Shown in pieces: positions 27,872 to 40,866 of a DNA stretch of 64,000 nt (its first letter is position 1; each line of letters begins with the position of its first letter). Both the position numbers and the translations under genes were made by a program. The notes beneath the pieces are model-generated. The model saw nothing but the letters and a program-made list of their open reading frames with translations, searched no databases and was not told the DNA's origin. Origin of the DNA: Octopus sinensis (taxonomy: Eukaryota); contig NC_042998.1 in the NCBI RefSeq assembly GCF_006345805.1, positions 164,982,001-165,046,000 of the forward strand, in the 5' to 3' direction.

Positions 27872-28756
27872 TTATTCGTAACATACGCTGAATTACACTA
27901 GTCTATGCAGATATATTTTTTCATATTGCTTAGTCAAGGAGGAAAGGGCACCTCATATATTCTTTAATTCTCTTGGCTCCTCCGGGATGATTTGAAAGGA
28001 GATTATCCTCACACCAAAGACCCAGACAAAATGCTTGCAAGAAAAGCTGAGCTTTACAAGACGCTCACAGAAAACGTGAGGACGTTAAAATGGGCGACGG
28101 AACAAGAGTATCAACCAAGATAGATCTTGAACATAAATATCCTGTATTCCCTGCTCCAGCCATAATTAAAAATTAGGCAATACGCTATTACACTCAAACA
28201 TTCGCGAATTCGATATTTACGGCAATGTCGATGCCATGTCTTGTAACGCAAGCACTTGGATGTGTAGTTTTGTAGCATGAAGGTTATAATTGATGTCATC
28301 ATTGTAATTATTTATCATCCATTGATTTGCCTTTTGTTCGTTCCTATTATTCTTTTATTCATCTTTCGTTCCTTCGTTCTTTTCATCTCCTTTAGATCAT
28401 TTTATCTTTCGGTCTATCGTTCTTTATTATATTTCGTTTTTGTATTTGGTTTGCCAGATTCTTTATGTGAATTAGTGTGTTGAAGCATATTTTGTTGTGT
28501 CTGGGGGAGAATCATTCTGTTTTAATGCCTTATTAATTAACACACTCACCGCTTCAAATTTCATTCATTTATATATTTTTCTTTCCTAAAAATTTCGTTG
28601 CTTCTTGCAACCTCTTCAATAGCTCTTGACTTTATTACCTTCCTCCGTTTATTCGTTCAATCGTACTTCTTTTATTCTACATTTCGCTATTTCGTTTTAC
28701 TACGTCATCATCATCACCATTATCATCCTCATCCTCATCATCACGTTGCTCTTATT

Positions 28757-29150
28757 AAGGTGGTGAGCAGGCAGAATTGTTGAATGCCAGGCAAAAGGCT
28801 TAGCGGCATTTCGTCTGTCGTTATGTTTTAACTTCAAGTTCCGCGGAGGTCGACTCAGCCTTTCATCCTTCCAGGTTCGGTAAATTAAGTACCAGTTAAA
28901 CACTGGGGTCGATGTAGTCGACTAGTCCCCTCCCCATAAAATTTCAAGCTCTGTGCCATTAGTAGAATGGATTATTATTATTATTTGAACTCAGATTTTT
29001 ATAATCTTTACGTTCTGAGTTGAAATTCCGTAGAGGTCAACATTGTCTTTCATCTTTTCGGGGTCGTTGAAATAAATACCAGTTGATTCCTGCGCCAATG
29101 TAATTGACTATAGTCCGCCCCAAAATTCCAGGCCTACAGTATAAAGAATC
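28757..29150 (+). mobile_element. Two family 1 SINEs
   Basis: gtcgactcagcctttcatccttccaggttcggtaaattaagtaccag; a second core at ~29040. Confidence 0.78.
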
Positions 29151-29450
29151 CTCTTCCTCCCCTTCCTCCTCCTGCTGCTGCTACTGCTGCTGCTGTTGTT
29201 GTTGCTACTAATTGTACTTCATCTCTTATTATGGCGGAGACAACGGCAGTAGTTCTGGTGGTTGCGGCTGCGGGAAGGGTTTAGTGTTTTAATGCAGCAA
29301 TTTTGTTTGTTTTTAGTTGTTTCTGTCGGTGGGTGTTGTGTTGCATCGCTGAAACATTAACCCCCGGCTCCTGCCTTTCACCCGATTCTGCAACAATTTA
29401 ATTAGCTCTGTATACATATATATTATACATGCATACATATGTAAGAATGC

Positions 29451-29491
<41 letters not shown>

Positions 29492-30026
29492 TATATATAT
29501 ATGTATATATGTATGTAAATTGTATATTATATATACTTTTATTTGTATTTGTGGATACATATATGTATGTGTTTGTGTGTGTGTGCGTGTGTGTACGCGC
29601 GTGTGTATGTGTGTGTGTGAAGAAAAAAGGTAGAAAAGAGTGAAAGAGGGAGAACCGCTCAAAAAATCATTCGCACAAATTTAAGAGCAAAGAATCATTG
29701 AGGCATATCAATAGACCCGAGAAACTGAATACTTGGAGTAAATATAGACTAAATATCATCCAATTCTTTATAAGTTGCTTTGGTATTTTTGTACGAGTTA
29801 AAAAACAAAATTCCAAAATGGCTGTTTTCTTTCCTATTTATCAAATGTTGCTGTTCTTGTTGTTGGTGGCGATGACGATGATGATGATGATAATGATGTT
29901 GCTGTTATTAGTGGTATTGTGGAATCGATGGTAATAGTGGTGAGGATGGGTTTCACACTCAGGTCATAACTAAAGAGTCTTTTATCAAATGTAGGTTTTG
30001 TTGGCGACTTGTCAAATCCCATAAGT

Positions 30027-30058
<32 letters not shown>

Positions 30059-30073
30059 GGGGGGGGGGTTGTA

Positions 30074-30106
<33 letters not shown>

Positions 30107-30254
30107 GGAGAGAGACATACACACACACACACACGCATATTGTTTTCTAAAACATTTTTATACGTTTTTATCAGCAATTACGAATATGTGTTTATCTCTT
30201 TCTTTCTGTCCCTCTCTCTTTTTCTCTCATTCTCTCTCTGTCTCTCATTATACA

Positions 30255-30325
<71 letters not shown>

Positions 30326-31890
30326 AACCAGCCATATGCATTCTTAAAAACGTGTGTGTGTGTGCTTGGGAATATATTTTCCTACTTTTTCACGCATACA
30401 TATAAACATTTTACAGGGCACGTATACACACATATATATATATAAGAAAGAGAAAGAGAGAGAGAGAGAGAGAGGGTGAGAGACAGAATGAGACATATAT
30501 GCGTGTGTGTATATGTATGTATCTGCATCATTTATGTTTTATGTCAAAAGAATAATAATAAGCCAATATAATTAATATAAACCGTAAAACAAAAGCGAAA
30601 AGAATAACTTACAATCGCAGTAATTATCCGAGAATTTATTTTTCAACACTACAGTAGTCTTAGTTGCTCTAGAAGAAGCAACAAATGTTTTATAACAATT
30701 ATGCAGTCATCAAGAACTAATTCAGTTGTTCACGCTCCAGTGTTTCTTATCAATTGTTTATGATTAGTATAAACATGGATTACTGTAAAATTCAAATAGC
30801 GGAACCGTCTATACAATTGAAATTTGAAAGGAAGCCCACGATTATAAGACTCTTTCGTATTTTCATACACAATGCTTGCTTTAACTCTTTGAAAAGCAAA
30901 TCTAGTGTTCAATGGAGCATGTAGAAAATATAAGATAATATAAAAAATAACAAAAATTTAAGCTTTTCTATTATTATTATTTATTCAATTATTCACTTCC
31001 CTTAAACGGGTAATTAATAATTCACATAAAAATATTTCGGACCGGAGAATTGAAACTTAGCTAAAGACTGTACTAGAAATTACCACAAAAGTTTTATTTT
31101 ATTTTATTTTTAATTGTAAAATAACAGAGTTATTGTTTTTGCTATTGTTCTTGTTTGGCCACAGGTCAGATCTAATTAAGAAGATCTATGACCAAAACCA
31201 TTCAAATTGGGCCCATTCTGCCTCCTCAATTTTTTTTTAAATAATCCACATATATGGTGGGTGGAAGGTTGAATCAGTAGAACATAGTACTAAATATTTT
31301 GTTATTGTGATTTTGATCCCTTACTCTTGAGGTTAATTATTCAATGTGTTTCTGTTACTGAATACACTAGAGCGAAATTTGAGGATGATATGGTTACAAT
31401 TTTTAGCAATGTAAATTACCATATAAGTGCTTTCTTGTTTCTTTGTAACATTTGTATTGTTGTAATTATTTAACCTCAGTTTTAAATTGATTTTTATCCC
31501 GAGGTCTATCCAGGAATTTGCCAACAATGAGATTCAACGAAAAGAAAAGATTAAGTGGCGGCGTGTCATATGGTGTTTGCTATATCTGTTTCTTTGTTGC
31601 ATAGAAAGAGCTTGCAAAAAATCCATACTATGTCTGCAAGTAGAGAATATCTCTGTCTTTTTGTTTGTTTAGTCCAGTTCTATATCATAAACAGTCTAGA
31701 AATATTTATATACTTTAGCCATATCTCCTGAATTCTTTTATTCTTGTATAGCCGAGGTTATCTCTGATCAAGCATAGTTAGTGTGCGCAGGTAATTGATC
31801 ATTAGCTAGAGATGATTCGCATATTCGTTTTTTTCCAATTACATTATGATTTAGCCTAACTGAGGACCATATTGCAGACCGCCGTATGGA

Positions 31891-32123
31891 TACGGCGAGC
31901 TAGCAGAATCGTTAGCACGTCAGGCGAAATGCTTAGCGGTATTTCGGCTGCCTTTACGTTGTGAGTTCAAATTCCGCCGAGGTCGACTTTGCCTTTCATC
32001 CTTTTGGGGTCGATAAATTAAGTACCAGTTAAGCACTGGGGTCGATATAATCGACTTAATACCTATGTCTGTCCATGTTTGTCTCCTCTATGTTTAGCCC
32101 CTTGTGGGTAATAAAGAAATACG
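31891..32123 (+). mobile_element. tRNA-derived SINE, family 1 (MetaSINE-like core), full length
   Basis: A-box tagcagaatcg, B-box gagttcaaattcc, core gtcgactttgcctttcatcc...gtcgataaattaagtaccag. The MetaSINE label is from recall. Confidence 0.85.
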
Positions 32124-32714
32124 TATGGATACTCTTCTCAGTCCAGTCTATTTCAACACACATTTTATATTTAATTGTAGTGGCAGTAGAGATGGGCATG
32201 TTTGAGTCGGTTGGAGCGTCTTGATGTTTCCTTCACTTATTGGTCTCATGCAACGCACCAATATTGCTTACGGAAACTATTAATATTTGCTATTTCTAAG
32301 TATATTTTTATTGTTTTACCTGTGCTGAGCGAATGAAATGGTATTTTTAGGATGATATTATAGTAGTGTTTCGTAGCGCTCATTATAAAGTGTCTGAAAG
32401 TAAAATTTCATGCCATAGTCTGCATAAAATTTATGATGACTTTTGTGATATTTGTGTTCACTGTAGATTATTACTTATATTCCACTTGTGACAGATTGGG
32501 TTTCAGACAGGCTTGGTGTATCGTATTACACACGCGCGCCCGTGCACAAATGCACTCACAAACACACGCGCGCGCGTACACACAAACGCATACATAGTGT
32601 GTGGTGTACTCTTGTATGTGATCCCAATATGTTTACGTACCGTTTTTTTGTTAATATTGCGGTGCTTTCTAGTAATTTTGTCTTATATATATATATATAT
32701 ATATATATATACTC

Positions 32715-33490
32715 TTTACTCTTTTACTAGTTTCAGTCATATAACTGCGGCCATGCTGGAACACCGCCTTTAGTCGAGCAAATCGACCCCAGGACTTATT
32801 TTTTATAAGCCTAGTACTTATTCTATCGGTCTCTTTTGCTGAATTGCTAAGTTACGGGGTCTTAAACACACTAGTATCGGTTGTCAAGCGATGCTGGGTG
32901 GGGGGACACACACAGACACACAAAAATACATACATATATATACATATCCATATGACGGGCTTCTTTCAGTTTCCGTCTACCAAATCCACTCACAAGGCTT
33001 TGGTCGGCCCGAGGCCATAGTAGAAGACACTGCCCATTGCACTACTTTCTTTCGATTCACACTTTATACACAGTTTTATTCTTAGATTTACTCTATTATG
33101 CTTATACACTTTTACTTGTTTCAGTCATTTGACAACGGCCATGCTGGAGTACCGCCTTTAGTCGAGCAAATCCACCCCAGGACTTATTCTTTGTAAGCCT
33201 AGTACTTATTATATTGGTCTGTTTTGTGGAACCGCTAAGTTACGGGAACGTAAATACACCACCATCGGTTTTCAAGCGATGTTAGTGGGGACTAACACAG
33301 ACACATAAACATATACACACACATGCATATATATATACATATATACGACGGGCTACTTTCAGTTTCCGTTTGCCAAATCCACTCACAAGGCTTTGGTCTG
33401 CCCGAGGCTAGAAGATACTTGCCCAAGATGCCACGTAGTGGGACTGAACCCGGAACCATGTGGTTGGTAAGCAAGCTACTTACCACACAG
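32715..33490 (-). mobile_element. Two tandem family 2 SINEs (32715-33035 head-truncated, 33110-33490)
   Basis: Repeated ttcagtcat...gccatgctgga.caccgcctttagtcgagc and aaatccactcacaaggctttggtc. Confidence 0.85.
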
Positions 33491-34489
33491 ATATATCTCC
33501 GTCTCTAAAGGGTGTTTCACAAATAAAAAAAAATGGCAATTAAGACCAGTTCCGTACGAGAAGGGGACGATAATCTCGTGAGTCAAGACTTCTCCGAAGC
33601 TAAGATGGCATTAAGGAAAAAAAACAAAACATCCTGTCTGGGGATAAGAGGACAATCATACATACATACATACATACATAAGTACTTCCATACATATATA
33701 CATACATACAAATGTATACACTATATTGCACGTAAGCCTGTTTTTAGCATGGTTTAATATTTAATACTGGCTTTAGTTTCGGACATCTTGTATATGTGTA
33801 CATGTGCAGTTGCATGCACACACAAGACTATGTTAGTATGTGTGTATGTATGTATGTATGTATGTATGTATGTATGTATGTATGTATTATGTATATGTCT
33901 CTGTATTTATGTGCTTGCGCGCGCGTGTGTGTGTATGTGTGTGTGTTTGTATGTATCTCGGTGTATACGTGCATGTATTATATGACTACGAAATGGCTGT
34001 AACATTCCAGGGGACGTGGTGATCTTTTCATTCTTTCATTCCTTATTTTATTTCCTTTTTTGTCACTTCTTTCTTTTTTCCCATCCTATTGCCTACCATC
34101 TCTTTTTCCTTCTTTACATATTCCACCCGTTATTTCTTTCCTTCTTGCTATATACTCCCATTATATACTTATATCTTCCTTTTTATCTTATTCGCCCGAA
34201 TGGATTTCGCTCTCTCCTCTTTCTGCATTGTCGGCCGAATATTTCGAAACCAGGATAAAGGAATATCTCTGTAGTAATACGGTGAAAGAAAAAAGAGGAA
34301 AAAATTCAGCGAACAAAGCAGAGCATCTGTTAAAAAGCTTTGAAACTAAAGCTGAAAGGAAATGAGAAATGCGGCAGCAGAAATTTTGACTTGAATGAAA
34401 TGAATGTGTGTGTGTGTGTGTTATTTGCGTGCGTGTATATTTGAACGTATCTGTCTATATCTATGTGAATATACATACATATAAAAAAG

Positions 34490-35015
<526 letters not shown>

Positions 35016-35409
35016 GTGTTGTGTGTGTGACAGAGAGAGAGAGATGGAGGGAGGGAGCGAAAAGAAGAGAAAACGATAAACATCCTCATGTGTGTCTGTT
35101 TGTCCATAAATGTAACGTATTGCCAATATTGAGATATAATTAATTGATGTTTGAAATTACTGCTCTATGTTAATTATGTCGTCCCTCAACCTATTGCTGA
35201 CATTTCTTTACATTGTTTCATATATGTTATGACGCTCAAAGACTAAAAAATAAAACGACGGCATAAATTTCACAGAACAACATTATCTAAATTGCGACCA
35301 TGTAGTGGCCTGTACAAGTTACTCCGGTCAACTAGGTGTCGTAGCCAAATATCTTTCAAGTAACATCCTGCTGTCTTGACAATGGAATATAAACACCGAA
35401 TAACTCTTT

Positions 35410-35575
35410 CTGGAATAGGAACAAGGCCTGAAATTATGGAGGAAGAAGCTAGCCGATTACATCGTTTATATCGACTAGTGCTTATTTTATCAACTCTGAT
35501 GGGACGAAGAGTAAAGTCGACCATAGCAGAATTTGAACACAGAACGTTTAAATTCCGCTGAGGTCGACTGCGTTG
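35410..35575 (-). mobile_element. Family 1 SINE, diverged (accounts for track ORFs 35270 and 35376)
   Basis: taaagtcgaccatagcagaatttgaacacagaacgt. Confidence 0.65.
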
Positions 35576-36659
35576 TTTTAAATGCATTGAAGTTGAAGTA
35601 AAATATAGATCATGACTGTATCGAATTTAATCAAAAACCCGATCCACCTGGGCCTAAAGAATAACAACACATTGTTAATTCTATGTACCTTTTACCTCCT
35701 TGTAAAAATTAGTGATTTGCAGTTGAACTACAATATATATAAACTAATACAAACTACCCAATTATGTCGCTACGCTGTATCATTACGTGTTACACAATGA
35801 GCCGATGCGCTTTTAATGACCTGGAAGAAACAGATATAGGAGTTGACCTCAAGATAAAGAACAACAGTAACAGCGACAACATCAACAAAAAGGACGTGTG
35901 GTTATCTGCAAATACACAGGCACACACACATACATATATATATATACCCCCCATATATATATATATATATATAATAACATAAATAATATATAAACATATG
36001 CATATGTACATACATATATGTACATACCTACATCTATATGTATATATATATACATGCATATATGGGTACAGGACACCCCAAAAACGTTGAACACAATGAG
36101 AAACGAGAACATAAAAACAAAAACATGGAAACGAACTTTTTTTTTCGGAATATTCCCCTTCTTCAGTTGTCCCGGTTTCGTCTACTCCGCGTTTCCGAAG
36201 GTATATATATATATATATATGTCTTAGTTTTTATATCTTATATGGACTAAAGGAATGGTAAAAAATCACGCTTTTAGGTCAGTGACCCAATTGTAATAAT
36301 TTCATTTCACTTACATGTATTATGTCACTCAGAAACAACGAAATACAACGAAAATGGAAGAATGAAATTTCCACGGAAAGTTAACTCCCCATAGAATTCG
36401 TACAACATAAAGGAAAGGCCTTGTAGATTTTGGTTCCCTCAAATTGCATTCCGAGTTCAAATTACATCAAGGCTGACATTGTCATATTTCGTACATGGAT
36501 TGATATTATATAAAGATATAAAAAAAATAGCTTAATGATATGAGGAAAATACATTAAGCGGCACAAATTAGCATAAACGTAAAGGCTTTATACATCCTTT
36601 TTTACTTTACATGTGTCCAAGGTTCTTGCGGAAATTTGTATATAAAATTATATACGTGT

Positions 36660-37290
36660 ATTAATTTTTTGCAAGCAACTTGCAGATGCAAGTGCTACCA
36701 GCTGGAAGCTGCGTATATCGGATGCTAGGAAGCTTATGGGGTCAACAGGAGAGAATTTGCGCCGTTTCGGGGTCTTCCTCTCGATTGCATTATTGCGTAC
36801 CGCCCCCAATCACTGAGATGAGTTTCCGCTTGCTACATCAACTGGCTGCTGAGTTTCGCTCAATATTCTTCTAGCTATTTGCTCATCGTCTCTTTTTAAA
36901 CCAAATCCAGTGACTTGCTTTCTCCACTGTAGTCTGGATATCACTCTGCTTTAAAATGAGTTAGGCTTAGCGACAACAACAGTTGCCCCACACTGTGTCC
37001 AATGCATCATCTGCATTCAACTTCGATTGAAAAATGTTCTGCTTTTCAGCCTGCGTCTTCATATTCATCAAGGAGATTTTTATAACGATCGATCTTTCTA
37101 GTCTGAGCGGCGTCCATATTATTTTTATGATGGACCGTTAACTCGACTAGATTTACTACTTTCTTTCTTTCACACCATATAATAATATCTGGCTTCATTG
37201 TAACTGGAATGGGGAGGGATCATTGGCATCCTGGTAAATCTGCAGCCGCCTCCAAATAGCCGAATTTTGAACTTTTTCAATTGTATTAAA
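36660..37290 (-). mobile_element. HERO/R2-like LINE 3' fragment (restriction-like endonuclease domain plus 3' UTR)
   Basis: MKPDIIIWCERKKVVNLVELTVHHKNNMDAAQTRKIDRYKNLLDEYEDAG*KAEHFSIEVECR: PD..E.T and RK..KY-type nuclease motifs. Confidence 0.78.
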
Positions 37291-37950
37291 CCTTTTGTCA
37301 ATCTGTTACAAGAAGTATTCCCATTATATCTAGAAAATATTCATACCTATCTCTAATATATAAAGGTAGCCCCATTTTATTTTATTACCCTACAATGGAG
37401 ACTCTTGCTGATGAAGGAGCTGTGTGTATGTATTGGTTTATTTACACATTTCCGTGAGAAACAGGGATCAATGTCCACGGAAATGATATATATAGGATAT
37501 TTATGTTTATTTTAAAGTATATGTTTTGATATATTTTATTCCGATATAGTGGGTGTTGGAGATGTTAAAAGCGATGGTAGTATATCTATAGCTGATGGAT
37601 TTAAAGATAGTGACATTAACAGATAAGGGAACAAACCAAACAACTATAAACCTAATTATGACAAAATTTTGTGAAAACTATCACCTCTCCGTTAGCTTAA
37701 TCACGATCAACTCCCGGCACCTACGGCTTCATTGTCTAGTTTAGTTTACAGTTGCTTATTAGTTTATAGCCGAACAATGAAAAAAATGCGACTGTCCATG
37801 GTACTAACCACGCCCAACGTTATATGATCCAGCAAGATGTCACTTAATATTATACACACACACACTCACAAACAAACAAACAAACAGAGACATACACGCA
37901 ACCGCAAACAACACACAAACGCGCACACACTCATATTATATATATATATT

Positions 37951-38000
<50 letters not shown>

Positions 38001-38242
38001 CTATAATAAATACGTACAAATATATGTGTATGTATGCCTTGTATCATATACATATACTTTTACATTTGCATATATTACTCTTCTTACACGATGTCTAATA
38101 CTCTTTTGTGAGCCTTTGTATGGTGACACCCTTCACGGTTGAATACTTAGATATTCTAACATTTCTGCTTGCTTTGCAAATAGATATCAATGTACACAAT
38201 CGACCAAGTATCAGAAACAATGTCAACCGCTCTGTTACCAAT

Positions 38243-38340
38243 AACCACCACCACCACCACCATACCACCACCATCATCATCATCACCACCACCACCACCA
38301 CCACCACCACCACCACCACCACCACCACCACCACCACCAT

Positions 38341-38407
<67 letters not shown>

Positions 38408-38440
38408 ACTACTACTACTAACTACTACTACTACTACTAC
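38243..38440. repeat. Compound trinucleotide array (ACC)(ATC)(ACC)(ACT)(GCT)(ACT)
   Basis: Direct reading. Confidence 0.95.
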
Positions 38441-38779
38441 TGCTGTCAGAAAAACTGCTGCAGAAGTGGCTGAGACCTTCACTGCAAATGCCAGCATCCT
38501 CAAAAATCGTATAACGAATTAATGACGAGGCCTCTACGTACTCGTTTCGACTTGATGTAGCAAACCAAGTTTTCTCTCCAGTCTCGCACACTCCCGTCCT
38601 TAAATCAGATAACGTCATCAAGGATACATTATACCTGAAACTCTCACAGGATGGTCATGATAAGAATGCATTTAATCGTCGGTCTTCTCGAGCAGAGATG
38701 ACTCAGCGCTAAGCTACAAGAGCATCAACAAAATCAATAACATTTATTGATTTGGCACGCATCATGGAAATCAGTGAAA

Positions 38780-39088
38780 ATTCCAAAAGCTATCAACCTT
38801 CCAGAAATAGTCACCAAATATCTTCCAAATTACACCAGCCATCCGTCCATCCATTCTCTCAGTTTGCTTTTCCTGAGGGAATCGTGGGGGTAGAATCCAC
38901 AGGAATCGCCTCCATAGAGTCTTCTCACTACACTTTCAGGTATGATTCCTAAGCGTGATTAACTAAGGTTATGGATTTTAGTCAACAATATCATTTTTGG
39001 TCTAACCTTAGATCTTCTTCCGGTTGTTTCGGCTTGAAGAATCCTATTTACGATTCTTTCTTTCTTTCTTTTTTCTTTCTTTCTTTCT

Positions 39089-39131
<43 letters not shown>

Positions 39132-39290
39132 AATCACATGTCCATAGAACTGGAGATGTAACATTTCAGTGAGAAGTAGCGAGTCAACCTGGAGAGACTC
39201 CCTGATCTCCGAACTAAGCACCCCATTGAGTAAAGTTAACCGGTTTTGAAATCTCGTATTTGCGATCGACCTGTTGCCATTGCCCAACAT
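38780..39290 (-). mobile_element. Old RTE-like RT C-terminal relic interrupted by (TTTC)n
   Basis: ...LLTEMLHLQFYGHVIRK resembles the L.YFGH..R motif, followed by a decayed GKR..GR..RW.D-like segment near 38840-38880. Confidence 0.5.
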
Positions 39291-39331
39291 TCATGATCAC
39301 CCTGGATAATGTAGATCTACAGAGGTTATGT

Positions 39332-39385
<54 letters not shown>

Positions 39386-39471
39386 TTACCCCACTACATG
39401 GGCTCTTAAGGAGCGTTTTTGTTCGATTTGCTGGCTGCGACTTTGTTTTGTTCGGACATCGTAATTCCTGG

Positions 39472-39563
39472 ATTTTCCTGAAGAGAAAGCTGCAATATGG
39501 TATCCTTATTCAATCAGAATTTGGAAAATTGTGGCCTTTGAAACATGTGTAGAATGCAATAAA
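39472..39563 (+). ncRNA. Degenerate minimal hammerhead in a Penelope-like pseudo-LTR relic
   Basis: CTGAAGA 39478-84; imperfect helix II GAAAGC/GCCTTT; GAAA-C-ATGT-G-TA 39540-51; only 3 bp of helix I; AATAAA at 39558-63. Confidence 0.5.
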
Positions 39564-39780
39564 AGGAATTCTGTACAATCTTCGTTCAACTCCATTTCTT
39601 CCATTCACTAATTATATTAAACTTCAATTATCCGCGCCAACGCACGGTTGCATCTCCATATGGTCATAACTCCAACCGTGTTTTTTCTGCCGTGATTTTT
39701 GCTACCAAGGTATCGGTTAAACTTTTGAATAATCCGTAACAAGATAATTCATCTTTCCATTTCAACAAATATATATATAT

Positions 39781-40495
39781 CATCATCATCATCATCATTT
39801 AGCGTCCGTTTTCCAAGCTAGCATGGGTTGGACGGTTCACCTGGGGTCTGTGAAGCCAGAAGGCTTCATCAGGCCCAGTCAGATCTGGCAGAGTTTCTAC
39901 AGCTGGATGCCCTTCCTAACGCCAACCACTCCGTGAGTGTAGTGGGTGCTTTTTACGTGCCACCCGCACAGGTGCCAGACAGAGCTGGCAAACGGCCACG
40001 AACGGATGGTGCTTTTTATGTGCCACCGGCACGGGGCCAGGCGAGGCTGGCAACGGACACGAACGGATGGTGCTTTTTACGTGCCACCGGCACGAGGCCA
40101 GTCGGGGCGGCGCTAGCAACGGCCGCGAAACGGATGGTTCTCTTACATGCCACCGGCACTGGTAACACATCTGCAATTTCCATTGATCGATTTCGATTCT
40201 GATCCTCACTTGCCTCAACAGGTCTTCACAAGTAGAGTTTTGTGTCCCAAGAAGGGAAGGTATGCATACGTTGGCTGGCTCCATCCCATGTAGAAGGCCA
40301 CGGGTTATGGACTCACTTGTCCTGCGGGGTCTTCTCGCGCACAGCACACTTCCAGAGGTCTCGGTCTCTAGTCATTTCCTCAGTGAGACCTAAAGTTCGA
40401 AGGTCGTGCTTCACCACCTCGTCCCAGGTTTTCCTGGGTCTGCCTCTTCCGCAGGTTCCCTCAACCGCTAGGGTGTGGCACTTTTTCACACAACT

Positions 40496-40498
<3 letters not shown>
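39781..40498 (-). mobile_element. 5'-truncated copy of the same RTE family (last RT codons, single 3' UTR unit, tail)
   Basis: Encodes ...CHTLAVEGTCGRGRPRKTWDEVVKHDLRTLGLTEEMTRDRDLWK; same 3' end (catcatcatttagcgtccg, gctggatgcccttcctaacgccaacc); (TA)n on both sides. Confidence 0.92.
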
Positions 40499-40530
<32 letters not shown>

Positions 40531-40535
<5 letters not shown>

Positions 40536-40866
40536 TGCAGCGTGGAAGGTGTTTATAAGCCATTTAAGAAACACACAAAAGCCGTTCGATTCACTTCAAC
40601 ATTTAAGTTTAATTTGTCAAAATATTTTCGTCGCTAAAATCCGCGACCTGTTCACTGACAAAGTCCGTGCAGCACGGACTTTGTCAGTGAACAGGTCGCG
40701 GATTTTAGCGACGAAAATATTTTGACAAATTAAACTTAAATGTTGAAGTGAATCGAACGGCTTTTGTGTGTTTCTTAAATGGCTTATAAACACCTTCCAC
40801 GCTGCAATTGTTTTCGTTTCAGCACACGATCTCAGATCAAATTACTTGCTATGCGGGTACATCTCC
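40531..40866. mobile_element. Palindromic foldback element, probably Penelope-like pLTR-derived
   Basis: Arms 40531-40670 and 40672-40811 are exact reverse complements with a 1-nt spacer; the right side continues ~55 nt to a (TA)n run; the left arm is cut at a (TA)n run. Confidence 0.85.

Noticed and set aside
36064-36200. CTGAAGA...GAAA on the minus strand of a dispersed repeat
   Set aside because: Three extra nucleotides precede helix II, and there is no helix III, cleavage triplet or helix I.
37400-37480. CTGATGA...GAAACAGGGATC
   Set aside because: Helix I, II and III pairings fail.
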